A stretch of 64,000 bases of DNA, from the NCBI RefSeq assembly GCF_006345805.1, contig NC_043005.1:77934001-77998000 (forward strand), written 5' to 3'. Made by a program: the position numbers and the translations under genes. The notes beneath the pieces were generated by a model. The model made no database searches. It was not told where the DNA came from and was given only the letters and a program-made list of their open reading frames with translations. Shown in pieces: positions 49,925-63,002 of the stretch; positions within the stretch are counted from its first letter, which is position 1, and each line of letters opens with the position of its first letter. The stretch is from Octopus sinensis (taxonomy: Eukaryota).

Positions 49925-52900
49925 GGAGAATTCACAGAAAAAACAAAAGACGAAGACAGGTGGTGTAGACAACAAACAGATTAGTTTTAAATAACACAAG
50001 ATTCATTTAAAATAACACATAGCGGTTCCTGAAGAAGAACGATTTTATAAAAATATGAACAGTACGGTTCTCATCTGTTTGAATTCAAGAGTTAGCGTGA
50101 ATCATAGTACAGTTCTGTTTCAGAAAATCTTTTTATCCGGATTATAGAGTGCCGGTTTACGTAAACAAAGTTAACAGTTTGAATATTTATGTTTATATTT
50201 TATTAATTTATGCTTGGGTAGTGATATGTATATAATATTTGCACAAGGCCAGCCATTCAGGGGGACGGGGTAAGTCGATTTCATCGACCCAGTGCTGTAC
50301 TGGTACTTATTTTATCGACCTCGAAATGATGAAAGGCAAAGTCGACGCTGGCAGAATTTGAACTCACAACGTAACGGCGGTCGAAATGCCGCTAAGGGTT
50401 TTGCCCGGCGTGCTAACGATCCTGCCAGTTCGCCGCCTTTCATATGTATGTAATATAATTTTATGCTTGAAATTCCGCCGAGGTTGATTTTGGTTTTCAT
50501 TCTTTCGGGGTTTATAAAATAAGTACAAGTTAAGTGCTAGGGTCAATGTAATCGACTTATCCCCTTACCCAAAATTGCTGACCTTGTGCCAACATTTGAA
50601 ACCAATATTATTTTATGCTTGAGTAGTCATATCTATTCATATAAAATTTATTTTAAAATTTTTTTTTATTTTGTTATATTTTTCAGCACCTAAAAACAGA
50701 TCAAAAAATCCTTTCCGGCTTCCTCATCCTTCCAACTTTCATTTAAACAGAGCAATTTCCAGTGGAAGATGAATGACATCCCCCAAGAAAGTTTGAAAGC
50801 AACATTGAACAAATCAAAGAGACAGAAAATTTATTGGAGGATTAAGCATTAAGTAACAATGGGCAACTTTGTTTTAAAACTGGACAGAGATGTAAATAAC
50901 CAAAGATTAAGGAAACCAATTCAACTAATGAATTCTTTAAAAAAAATTGTCTGTCGAAAACTGCGAAATAGCAGTATTTTCTGTAGAAGTCAGAATTAGA
51001 AAGTAATAATAATAATAATAATAATAACAATGAAAGACTGTAAGGTCGAAGATCATACATTGATTTCTATCATTTTGTTACTATATATATGTGTGTGTGT
51101 ATGCGTGTGTTTAGGTATATACACACATATATATATATTTAGATATGTGGAGGTATTTCTGTTATAAATCATTCAAAAATAGTATGAATGCATTTTAAGA
51201 CAAAAAGTTCTGTGATCCTGTTTTGAGAGAGATGGTTATGTCTCGTGTGAGGCGCCTCTGAGGGTGTTTTAGTTTATGTCCGAAATGTCGAAAACTTAAA
51301 CAATATTCCGTCAACCTCAACTTGTAATTTTACTATCAAAACTATGCATATATTATTTTCAAGCACGAAACTAAATCGAAATGAAGCCATTTTAGGAGAT
51401 CGATAAGTAATTAATATTATCAAATCTTTTCGTCATAGAGTAGAAAAGAAAAACACTAATGATGTACTTTAATGCCTCGTTTCGATTTCGTTGTACGGGT
51501 TGTGAAAATTTTGATAGTCTTTAAAACTCTGCTTTGGATAACAAACGCGTTTCATGGTGAAAGAGCCAAAATTTACTAAATCTTGCTAAAATTTAACAAT
51601 TGCACTCTCAGTTTCCTTCACTCTAATCAATAACTTACAATGAAACATTTCTGCAAACAATATTAAGCAATTAATAAATTGATGCTCTTGGCTCGGAGAT
51701 AAGATTCGATTCCCTGTTGAAACTAACTACCTTCATTTAACACTGCCAGTACTCTTTTACAAGATATAGAGATCGTAAAAAACGTGCTGCAATATCCTGG
51801 ATACTAATTAACAAAGATCTTCGTAGTGATCTAAGACAAATCTTTAATTACAACATACCAATATGAAGCTGTATGACTTCATATTGGTATATTGCTCTGT
51901 GATATAGGCTTTCTGTAGGGAGAATGACTAAGGAGAAAGAACTCATGCTAAGTGGTAACATGAAAGGCGAGTGTTTGCCTGGGATCCCCACCGTCTTATG
52001 GCCAGTTGCTGCATGGACGACAACTCACGTTCGTCATAACATTTATTTTTCTAGTGAGAAACAGCTACGGCTGTGTGTGCATGCATGTGTGTGTATGTGT
52101 GTGTGAGAGAGAAAGAGAGAGAGAGAGTACTTGCAAGCATTCCCACAACATTATTGTAGTCATTTCCAGCAATGTGAGAACAGAATTATATTAAAAATGA
52201 CCAGTTTTACTTTTTTAATCGCAACAAAATATAACCCTAATCCTCATTAAAACCGCTCAAAATGTCTTCCTCCTCAACAAATCAACAATCACAAACTGCT
52301 TCACAGCTATTTCTTTTTTAATGTATACACAGCTGTGTTTACTTTCTTATATTTATGAATTACATTGCATCGTTAACAACCATTGTAAACTTGTCTTCGT
52401 AAATTGTCTACATTTCTTTCACTGACTATAAAACTATAATTTGTGAAATATATATAAAAATGTTTCTGTACATTATTTATACGTTAAATGTTCTATTTTT
52501 TCTAATAAAACAATAAAAAAATCATCTCCATGTTTCTTTGTTTTATTGAAATTGTTTCAAATTTTGCTGTACTTGACTGTTACTTAATTTTATCGACTCT
52601 AAAAGCATGAAAAGCAAAGCTCTCTTCAGCAGGGTTTGAACTGAAAGAGTAACACACTGGAAGAAAAATGCCGGTAAGCATTTTTCCCTGCACGCTAGAA
52701 TGTTTGCCAGCTCGCGGCCTGACAGTGGTTTGTTAAAATAATTTCAGAATCTGGCACAAGGCCAGCAGTTTTTGAAGAGTGAGGGCTAGTCGATTACATC
52801 GTCTCTAGTACTTGACAGCTACATATTTTATCGTTCCGAAACATTGAAAAGCAAAGCCCACCTCAGCGGAGTATGAATTCAGAACAAAGAGACGAACGAA

Positions 52901-53160
52901 ATACCGCTAAGCATTTTGCCCAGCGCGCTAACGTTTCTGTCAGTTCGCTGCCCTGCACCGTTCTGTTATAATGCACATTATAACACATCATATCCCAAAT
53001 GACGGACTTCATTGTCGACACAAGTAAACAGAACTGGACGAAGCATATTTATATAAGTGTACATAGTCATGGCAAAGACTCCCATCATTATGCGACACCT
53101 TATATATTTAGTTTGTTTCTTGTTATTGCTATCTAATATGATGATAGTGTGTGTGTGTAT

Positions 53161-53216
<56 letters not shown>

Positions 53217-53269
53217 ACGCACATATATAAACATACTATATTCCATCCAAATATAAAAATATTGAAAAA

Positions 53270-53530
53270 ATTCCAAAGGTGGGTGTCAGCAGCTTCTACC
53301 ACGGACTCAAGACCACGGACTCTGGAATTTGTTGCATGCGTTTCTCCCTGTGTTCCCGGAAAAATCGATGAATATTTCTTTGATCATAGTCACCAGATCG
53401 GCCTTAGTGTTGCAGGCAAAGCGGTTGGGGTTGGTGTCTTTCACAAATGTGCCCCACACATATAATCCATGAGATTATAATCAATGGTATTAGAAATGTT
53501 TCGACAACCACCCCAGACTCGTTCCGGAAT
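53270..53530 (-). mobile_element. Mariner-type (maT/DD37D-like) transposase C-terminal fragment
   Basis: Frameshifted DYNLMDY-VWGTFVKDTNPNRFACNTKADLVTMIKEIF...ACNKFQS..VVEA resembles PD-NPLDYYVWG..E..TN...NT..L...I. Confidence 0.55.
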
Positions 53531-53643
53531 AATAGCAAGGAGCTACACATATGCTCTTCCAGCATTAACCCTTTCCAATCAGAGATTAACAAGCAACTTC
53601 ATATAGACCAGTGCCTATCTATCTGTCTATCTATCTATCTATA

Positions 53644-53710
<67 letters not shown>

Positions 53711-54050
53711 ATAGGCCAACAGGTTTTAGGGTCTGAAGAAACACTGTAAAGCTAAGCGCTTTATGTATGTGATACTCAGTATAATCCCATAGACCGGCCA
53801 TATTTATCTTTATCTCTGTCTCTCTACTCCAGACTGATAAAGAGGAATGACTCTGAAACTAGTTTCTGATGCTGGCTTTGCTGTGTGGAGATGCTTATTT
53901 CCCCTGTTTGGAGACATAAGGACACACTACGCTTGTGTCACATAGCCAACTGGAAACGATGTGTTCTGTGGCTAAATACCAATAGCATTCTTCCCTTCAG
54001 CGGGACTTCCACAATAAGTTGGCAACAAACCATCACTTTATATATATATG

Positions 54051-54125
<75 letters not shown>

Positions 54126-54144
54126 ATATATATATATATATATT

Positions 54145-54335
54145 CTTTTACTCTTTTACTTGTTTCAGTCATTTGACTGAAGCAATGCTGGAGCACCGCC
54201 TTTAGTCGAACAAATCAACCTCAGGACTTATTCTTTGTAAGCCTATTACTTATTCTATAGGGCTCCTTTACCAAAACGCTAAGTTACGGGGACGTAAACA
54301 CAGCAGCATCGGTTGTCAAGCACAGACACACAAAC

Positions 54336-54373
<38 letters not shown>

Positions 54374-54530
54374 GACGGGCTTCTTTCAGTTTCCGTCTAC
54401 CATATCCACTTAAAAGGCTTTGGTCGGCCCGAGGCTATAGTATCAGACACTTGCCTAAGGTTTCACGCAGTGAGACTGAACCCAGAACCATGTGGTTAGT
54501 AAGCAATCTACTTACCACACAGCCACCCTT
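54145..54530 (-). mobile_element. SINE family B
   Basis: Full-length homolog. Further copies or fragments occur at ~20285-20850, 36350-37215, 49465-49630, 58200-58380, 58580-58670 and 59365-59515. Confidence 0.8.
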
Positions 54531-54651
54531 GCGCAAGTATATGTAGATGTCTCCTAACGACCTAGTCATATTGAGAGACATCTGTAATTCTTCTCTTTGG
54601 TGAAACTTTTCTAACTGCTGTTTATATAATATATATATATATATACACGGG

Positions 54652-54701
<50 letters not shown>

Positions 54702-54705
54702 TATA

Positions 54706-55969
54706 CACGGGTTGGACAAAATGATAGAAACATCTAGCATCTTAGCATCATAGTTCTGAAATATCTATAAAACATGAAAAGCTTGTTTATTTAAATTTTT
54801 TTTGATTTATTATTAGTTTTGCTTAATAGGTTTTGCTAAAATTGCTGTTTCTTTTCAGATATCATCAACAAAAGGTAATTAAAATTCGTAAAAATGACAG
54901 ATCTATTGTGGTCAAATTGTTGGTAATCGTACGGCAAGTGCTAGCGTAACGAAAATAGCAGAAATGTTTGGTGTATCAAGAAGCACTTCTCAAAAGTAAT
55001 GACAGTCTTTGAGAAAGAGGGAAAAACCTCCTCGCCAAAACAAAACTCCGAAAGAAAACCAAAACTTTCAGACAGGAACCGTCGGACTCTTACGCCAATT
55101 GTTAGAAAGGATCACAAAAATACAGCTACCCAAATTACTGCAGAGCTTAATGATCACCTCGAGAACCCAGTTTCCACAAAAACTGTTAGTCGGCAGCTAC
55201 ACAAATCCGGATTTCACGGGAGGGCTGCAATCAGAAAACCACCACTTTCAAAATCAAACGTTGGAAGGTGTTTAGAGTGGAGTAAAAACCTAAAGAATTG
55301 GTCACTAGAGCAGAGGAAAAAAGTTATTTTCTCGGACGACTAGTCCTTTACCTTATTTCCGATCACCGGCCGAGTATACGTGTGGAGACAGCCAAAAGAA
55401 ATATTTGGTTCAGACTGCCTTCTTCGAGCTGCTAAACATGGAGGAGGGTATGTGATGGTCTGAGGTCGGGGCTATATCTAGGAAATCTGCCGGTCCAATG
55501 GTTTCCTTTTATGGCAGAATTAATAGTCAAGAATATCTAAGCACTTTATCTGATGAAATTCATTGTATGGTTGCGGAACTGTTTCCCGAGGGAAACACAA
55601 TCTTTCAAGATGATAATGCATCAATTCACATAGCTAAAGTTGTTACTGAATGGTACGAGGAACATTCAAGTGAAGTTGAACATCTTATCTGGCCACCACA
55701 GCCCCCAGATCTCAATATTATTGAACATTTATGGTGCATTTTAGAAAAAACAGTAAAGAGTCGATATCCTCCACCAACATCACTAGAAGAACTGAAGATT
55801 GTTTTAGCTGAAGAATGGACCAAATTTCCTTTGGAAACAATTCAAACTTTGTACGAACCAATACCTCGTAGAATACAAGCTGCAATTATTACCAAAGGCG
55901 GTCCTACTCCATACTAAAATAAATTTGTTTGAAAATTTAAGGCGTTTCCATTATTTTGTCCAACCCCTG
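54706..55969 (+). mobile_element. Full-length (1264 bp) Tc1-family DNA transposon, DD36E spacing (Incomer-like), decayed
   Basis: TIRs CACGGGTTGGACAAAATGATAGAAACATC / GGCGTTTCCATTATTTTGTCCAACCCCTG flanked by TA. Transposase remnants lie between them. Confidence 0.92.
54894..55917 (+). pseudogene. Tc1 transposase pseudogene (frameshift and stops)
   Basis: HTH region SGRKPKLSDR-like; VIFSD; FQDDNASIH...WPPQPPDLNIIEHLW with 36 residues between the second catalytic D and E; C-terminus KGGPTPY. Confidence 0.9.
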
Positions 55970-56244
55970 TATATATGTATGGCGGCCTTCGTTCAAAAAG
56001 ACAGACGAACTTCCAAGTAAAAGGACTTCCAGACTGCATAATACTGATTCAAAATACCAATGTTTAGGAGCAAGAGAGTTAACATTTCAAATACAACAAT
56101 TTAGCAACAAAATTCAAGTGGATAAAGTAATTAAGTAACGAATATTTATAACGGCCAAAAGAAAAAACAACGTTTTTATATATATCTCCAATAATATTAA
56201 TCTAAATATATTTAAACTTAAATCATTAGCCATTTTGATGATAT

Positions 56245-56377
56245 TATAATAATAATAATGATGATAATGATAATGATGATGATGATGATGATAATGATAA
56301 TGATGATAATGATAATGATAATGATGATAATGATAATGATGATAATGATAATGATAATGATGATAATGATAATGATA

Positions 56378-56430
<53 letters not shown>

Positions 56431-56965
56431 ATGCAGTACCAGGCAGTGGTTCACGTGGCTTCTGATCTTAACTGATTGGAAGTGTTATCATGTGCATTGT
56501 TTTGTTTTGGTATAAAAGATGGGCTACAGAAAATATTCTGCTCAATACCACAGATTTGCTTGTCAGTTGTTTGACTGTAACCAGTTAAGCATGTCCCTTA
56601 GTGGCTGATGATATGTGCATCTCTGATCACGAGCAGAAGTTGTTGGGTAGATCATAGCCATGTGTTGAGAGGAAGTATTTTGGGTTTGGATAATTCACCC
56701 TCGGAAACATGGGTGTTTCGTTTAACATCCTTAAACAATCCTTATTCGGGGACCTTTAGAGTGGGATGGGCTACTCACCTGAAGAAAATTCTGATTGGGC
56801 CCCACCTGTTAATCTTGATATGAGATCATCATGTCACGTACATATGGTTGTGATGCATGTGCCTGGTGTACTCTTATCAGACGAGTAATCATGATGGGTA
56901 TACTGGGCTTCGTATATTTTACCCCAGTATCACTTTGATGGCATGCAATGCTCTCTCACTCAGCA
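56245..56965 (-). mobile_element. Unclassified interspersed retroposon with long (ATC/ATT)n tail
   Basis: A ~530-bp higher-GC block (56435-56965) directly followed on the minus strand by a long (CAT)/(TAT) tract. The assignment is from pattern only. Confidence 0.35.
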
Positions 56966-57984
56966 TTATATAAATATATAAATAAGGTATCAGAGTTTTA
57001 CTTAGTTTTATGGACGGATTAATCGTGTAAATCCATATTTCTTCTATTATTATGCCTAAACATGTTCGAAAGAACGTATTTCTAGTATATCGAATAACTA
57101 TCTACTTATATGTAATATTATTCATTCATTATTACTCAAAGAAAATATATAAATCACATATAATGATAATATACATTAACCCCTCTCATTTATCTATTGT
57201 TACTGACATAAAGATAACTAACAAATAATGGTCTTTATTTATGTAGTTCATCGAAGGGAGAACTCTGTAAATTAAAACAAACAAGAAACAGATTTACGAT
57301 AATTATAATCTATAATATTTCTCAGATAAAGAGACAATAAACTATGAATAAAAAATATATATTTAAATTTACTAAGTCTTTCACATGTAACGAAATTAGA
57401 GCATTCCTATATGTATATCAGCTCTATCGCCATTAATACATGTATTTACGATTATTTAAAAATATATGACTATATATAATAATAGTTGTAATCTATTTAT
57501 TCATATCTGCACGAACACTATGCCAAGACTAAATACCAAATTACTTCGTCTACCAAAGAAAAAAATATATCTTTGTAAATCGAAGACTTTTTTTTACTTC
57601 CCGAGTGTTATACTAATACATCTGTTTGTTGTCTACACCACCTCTCTTCGTCTTTTGTTGTCTACACCACCTCTCTTCGTCTTTATAGATAAAGTAGCTA
57701 TATAAAAAAAAAAGCCGGAAATACGTACTTGGAAATAAATGGTTTTGATCGCAATATGGCATTATATAAAATTATTTATTTATTAATTTATTTATTGTTA
57801 ATGTTATTAATCTATAAATCAAATCAATTTGTTCAGAAATGTATTATCATTTAGTATAACGAAGATAGGTGTAGGCGTGGGTGTGTGGTAGGGAGCTTGC
57901 TTCACAACCACATGGTTCCGGGTTCCGAGCAAAGCCGTATGGAATTAGTAGTCAGAAACTGAAACAATCCCGTCATTCTTTAGT

Positions 57985-58140
57985 TTCTCTCCCTGTTTCT
58001 TTCTGTGTTCCTTTCTGTGGAAGAGCGTAGGCTCGAAATTTTAAAGACTTTTTCACTTCCCGAGCGTTAAACTAATGCATCTGTTTGTTGTCTACACCAC
58101 CTGTCTTCGCCTTTTGTTTTTTTTTGTGAATTCTCCCCAC
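57985..58140 (+). mobile_element. PLE pseudo-LTR fragment with decayed hammerhead (58011-58046)
   Basis: CTTT CTGTGGA A GAGC-GTAG-GCTC GAAA TTTT AAAG: stems I and II are intact and the core is non-canonical. The downstream GTTGTCTACACCACCTGTCTTCG motif also occurs at ~57625-57685 and in reverse complement at 49922-49985. Confidence 0.55.
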
Positions 58141-58509
58141 CTATATATATATATACATATATATAAATATAAATATACATATGTGTGGGGATGTGTACGT
58201 ATAAATTTTTGAGTTTACCTCACATCACCGTTTGAAAACCGGTGAGGGTGTGTTTACATCTCCGTAACTTAGGGGTTCGGCAAAAGAGGCCTAAAGAATA
58301 ACTAGTAGGCTTAAAAGATAAATCCTGGGGTCGAGTTGTTCGACTAAAACCCTTTAAGGTGATGCCCCAACATGAAACATGTAGAAGAATAAAAGTATAT
58401 ATATATATATAAAGATACATATACATATGCCTGTATTTATCGGCATGTATATATATGTATATATATGTTTATATATGTGTGTGGGGGGGTTGTGTATATA
58501 TACATATAC

Positions 58510-58555
<46 letters not shown>

Positions 58556-59109
58556 GTGTGTGTGTATATATATATATTCTTTTAGTCTTTTATTTGTTTC
58601 AATCAATTGAGTGCGGCCATGCTGGAGCACCGCGTTTAGTCGAACAAATCGACCCAGGACTTATCCTTTGTATATGAAAGTGAGCCTTATCACCGATAAT
58701 GAGGCTGTGGATAAAATCACGTTCTCGCTTTACGAATTATAGGATCTGGGCAGCATGCATTAATTGTACACATTAATGTGCTGGCTTCAGTTATAGCACT
58801 ATATATGGGAATAAATTCAGCATTCTTTGGATCATCTGTGGTGAGCTTTGTGATATGCTCAGCTGCTGGGGCCACCTTCATGTTGATGTTGGGGTAGGGT
58901 GGGGAGTTTCTTCTTTAATGCTCGTCTGTACACACTGAATGTTGTCCTGAAATCTCATGGAATGCGGCTTTCCTGCAGCTGTTGTTCAAACTGCCAGAAA
59001 ATGTTGAGAATTGTTTGTTTAGAGACGGTGGTTGTTTGACACCAAAAATGACGAATGTAAAGTTGTGGCTATAAGTTTGGAATATAAGTCTGAATGTTAG
59101 AATTTTTAT

Positions 59110-59285
59110 ATTATACTCCTGGAGTGGCTGGCGTTAGGAATGGCATCCAGCTGTAGAAACCATGCCAAATCGGACTGGAGCCTAGTGCAGCTCTGGCTCA
59201 TCATCCCCAGTCAAGCCATCTAACCCATGCCGACATGGAGAGCGGATGTTAAATGAAGATGATGATGATGATGATGATGTTAAAT
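59110..59285 (+). mobile_element. 3' end of a retroposon with (GAT)n tail (RTE-like tail)
   Basis: GGCGTTAGGAATGGCATCCAGCTGTAGAAAC...AACCCATGCC...GTTAAATGAAGATGATGATG. Confidence 0.5.
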
Positions 59286-59330
59286 GTTCAAAGCTATATA
59301 TAATTTGCTATATATTATTACTACTTACAG

Positions 59331-59366
<36 letters not shown>

Positions 59367-59518
59367 GACGGGCTTCTTTCAGTTTCCATCTACCAAATCC
59401 ACTCACAAGGCTTTGATCAGCCTAAGTAGAAGACACTTAACCAAGGTGTCACGCTGTGGGACTGAACCTGGAATCATGTGGTTGGTAAGCAAGCTATTTA
59501 CCAAACAGCCATGCATAT

Positions 59519-59575
<57 letters not shown>

Positions 59576-60838
59576 CGCACACACATATTAGCCAAGAAGT
59601 AACGAGACATTTATGATGATAAATTCGTGCTTGGTGAAATTTATTGCGAACGCTTTCGGATTTAAAATCCATGATCAGACGTGTTTGCGTTTTTGTTATA
59701 AAATCGATAACCGGGGAACGAGATTAGTACTGTTCAAGGAAACAGTATATATATATATATCTTTCCATGCATTCAGATCTCACAGGTTGTTCAGTGTTTG
59801 TTATACCAACCTCCTGGCTGATTCTGAATGCAATATGACTGTGCAACTTTAATACCTATTGCGTGTTATAAGCAAACTGTTGGGCATGCTTGTGTTGCTA
59901 TTTAGCATCAAGCCATCCCTGATCAAATAGACCAATGATTAAAGACTTTCCAGGCGTGACTTACCTCATTTGTGTCTGAAATATTACATGTAGACCTATG
60001 TCGTTTAATATTTGCTCCTTCTGTTTAAGATTGCTGGGTCTTGTTTGAAGGGAATTTAGTTGCTATTTCTAGCAGACGTAACGGTCATGTAGAGGATTCT
60101 GCATTTTCTTATCATTCAATTTAGTTCATTTATATTTTGACCAGCAGATTGAAAACCTATCCATCTAAATGGTTTCGAATATTTTAAATACCCAAAGCAG
60201 CGTCGCATACAGCTATTTCAAATTTTGGCACAAAGCCACCATATTTATGAGTGGTGTTTGTCAATTACATCAACAGCAGTGCACAATTGGTACTGTCTAA
60301 ATTGACGCAGAAAGGACGAAAAATTAAGTCGAACTCAGCAGCATTGGAACTCAGAACGTAAAAACGGAAGAAATGGCGTATGCATCTTTTTCTCGACGCG
60401 CTAACAATTTTTTCAGCTCGTCAAAGCTTCAAAGTCTTCCATCTTTCAAAGTCGCATGTATTCCTTTCTGCTAAAGGCACAAATTTTGAGGGGTGTGGGG
60501 TCTGGTCGATTATATCGACACTAGTATTCAGCTGGTACTATATTTATCGACACCGAAACAATGAAAGGCAAAGTCGACCTTGGTTCAATTTTAACACAGG
60601 ACGAAATGCTGTTAAGCACTTTATCCAGCGTGCTAACGTTTCTCCCAGCTCACTACCTTCTAACGTCGAACCTACTATTTTCAAATATTGACACAAGGCC
60701 AGCAAATTTCGGGGAAATAGCAAGTCGATTACGTCGAACCCCGCATTCAACTGGTACTTATTTTTATTGATTCTGAAAGGATGAAACTCAAAGTTGACAT
60801 CAGCGGAATTTGAACTCATAACGTAGTGATGGAAGGAA

Positions 60839-61146
60839 TTGTTGTTGTTTGTTCCTGCTCGAGTCACGCCTGGCTCATCAGGGCCGGTTTCCCGATTTCC
60901 TTGGCGTATAGGTTCCCCACCGGGACGGGACGCCGGTCCGTCGCAGGTGAGCTGCAAGGTGCAAGTGGAAAGAGTGAGAGAAAGTTGTGGCGAAAGAGTT
61001 AGCAGAAGTTCACCATTACCTTCTGCTGGAGTCGCGTGGAACTTAGGTGTTTCGTTCATAAACACACACACCACCCGGTCTGAGATTCGAACCTGCGAGC
61101 CCTCGACCGCGAGTCCGCTGCTCTAACCACTAGGCCATATGCCTCC
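60839..61146 (-). mobile_element. tRNA-derived SINE family C with (CAA)n tail
   Basis: Head GGAGGCATATGGCCTAGTGGTTAGAGCAGCGGACTCGCGGTCGAGGGCTCGCAGGTTCGAATCTCAG (A and B boxes). A related head lies at ~3150-3290 (-). Confidence 0.75.
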
Positions 61147-61444
61147 ACGATGGAAGGAATACTGCTAAATAATTTTCTCGGCGTACTTGCGATTCTGCCC
61201 GCTAACCGCCTTCTAACGTTGCATACAATAGTTTCAAATTTTTGCACAAGGCCAGCAATTTCGAGAGAAGATATAAGCCGATTACATTGACCTCAGTGTT
61301 CAACTGGTGCTTATTTTATCGACCCTAAAGGGATGAAACTGTATGTCAACCTCGGTAGAATTTGAATTCAGAACAGAATGCTGTTAGGTAATTTGTCCGG
61401 TGTGGCAACAATTCTGCCAGCTCACCGCTTTTCTTTTCTTTTCT

Positions 61445-61865
61445 TTTCTAGGCACAAGTCCCGAAATTTGTGGGGAAGGGGCCAGTCGATTAGATCGACC
61501 GCAGTACGCAACTGGTACTTAATTTATCGACCCCGAAAGGATGAAAGGTAAAGTCAACCTCGACGGAATTTGAACACAGAATGTAAACACAGACGAAATA
61601 CTGCTAAGCATTTCGCCCGGCGTTCCAACAATTTTTATTTCTTTATTGCCCACATGGGGCTAAACATAGAGGGGACAAACATGGACAGACAAAGGTATTA
61701 AGTCGATTACATCGACCCCAGGGCGTAACTGGTGCTTAACTTATCGACCCCGAAAGGATGAAAGGCAAAGTCGACCTTGGCGGAATTTGAACTCAGAACG
61801 TAAACACAGACGAAATAGCGCTAAGCACTTCGCCTGGCGTTGCAAAAATTCTGCCGGCTCACCGT
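61445..61865 (-). mobile_element. Tandem SINE family A
   Basis: Two cores; junction near 61634. Confidence 0.8.
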
Positions 61866-62604
61866 TTTTCAATATCTCATATAATACCAGCAAATATTTA
61901 ATTCAAATAACGAAACACATAAATACAGAAATAAATAAATGAAGGAAACTTTGGAAATGACTTTGCGTTCTTTCTTTGCTCATTACAGAAGATAAGTAGT
62001 TTCGAGAAGTTACTGCTGTAAATTTAGAATTGCTAAACAAGAAAATAATGCAACTGCTCATATAGATATTAGTTTTCTTCGCTTTTCTTTTTACTATTTA
62101 TAATAGGATTACGATTGAAGTTGTATAGAAACTACAGAAGAGGATTGAAAGACTGTATTACGTTATTTAATTAAGTTTAATTAAGTCTATTTCGATTCCG
62201 ACTTTATATCTCACAAACGGTAATGTTGTCGTTCTATTTCTCTAAGGTCCAGAAAATAAGTAGAATAATGCGCAGTGGACTGATTCAATTGCTGGAATTA
62301 AAGGCAATTAGAATAATAAAAAATAAGAATAAAGAAGGCAGATAAAAATGCGTCTATAAAAGGAAATTATTTTTTTAAATAAAAAGATATAGGACAAAAG
62401 TTAGTTTTACACTTTTATGTTTCAGTCATTGGATCGTAGCCGTGCTGGAGCACCGCATTGATGGTTCTTCTGGATAAAATCGCCAACAGTACATTGCTTA
62501 AAGCCTGGTGTTTATTCTGTCTGTCATGTTGAATGGAACGGCCTGGTTACAGGGTAGAAAGAAAACAACACCAGTTGCCAAGTGATAGGGAGACGAACAC
62601 AAAA

Positions 62605-63002
62605 GGCGGCGAGCTGGCAGAAATGCTTTGTGGTATTTCGTCTGCCACTACGTTTTGAGTTCAAATTCCGCCGAGGTTGACTTTGCCTTTCATTCTTTCG
62701 GGGTCGATTAAATAAGTACCAGTTACGCACTGGGGTCGATATAATCGACCTAATCCGTTTGTCCTTCCCTTTTTTGTCCTCTCTGTGTTTAGCCCCCTTG
62801 TGGGTAGTAAAGAAATAGGTATTTCGTCTACCGCTACGTTCTGAGTTCAAATTCGGCCGAGGTCGACTTTGCCTTTCATCCTTTCGTGGTCGATTAAATA
62901 AGTGCCCATTAGGCACTGGGATCGATGTATTTGACTTAATTCATTTGTCTGTCCTCGTTTATCCCCTCTGTGTTTAGCTCCTTGTGGGTAGTAAAGAAAC
63001 AG
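62605..63002 (+). mobile_element. Tandem SINE family A
   Basis: Two cores; junction at 62818/62819. Many more decayed family-A copies occur at about 4.6-5.1, 14.7-15.1, 17.6, 35.5, 37.8, 43.6, 50.2-50.6, 52.6-52.9, 60.2-61.4 and 63.2-63.8 kb. Confidence 0.8.

Noticed and set aside
61075-61146. Functional tRNA gene
   Set aside because: The tRNA-like head continues into a SINE body and (CAA)n tail, and the cloverleaf is imperfect.
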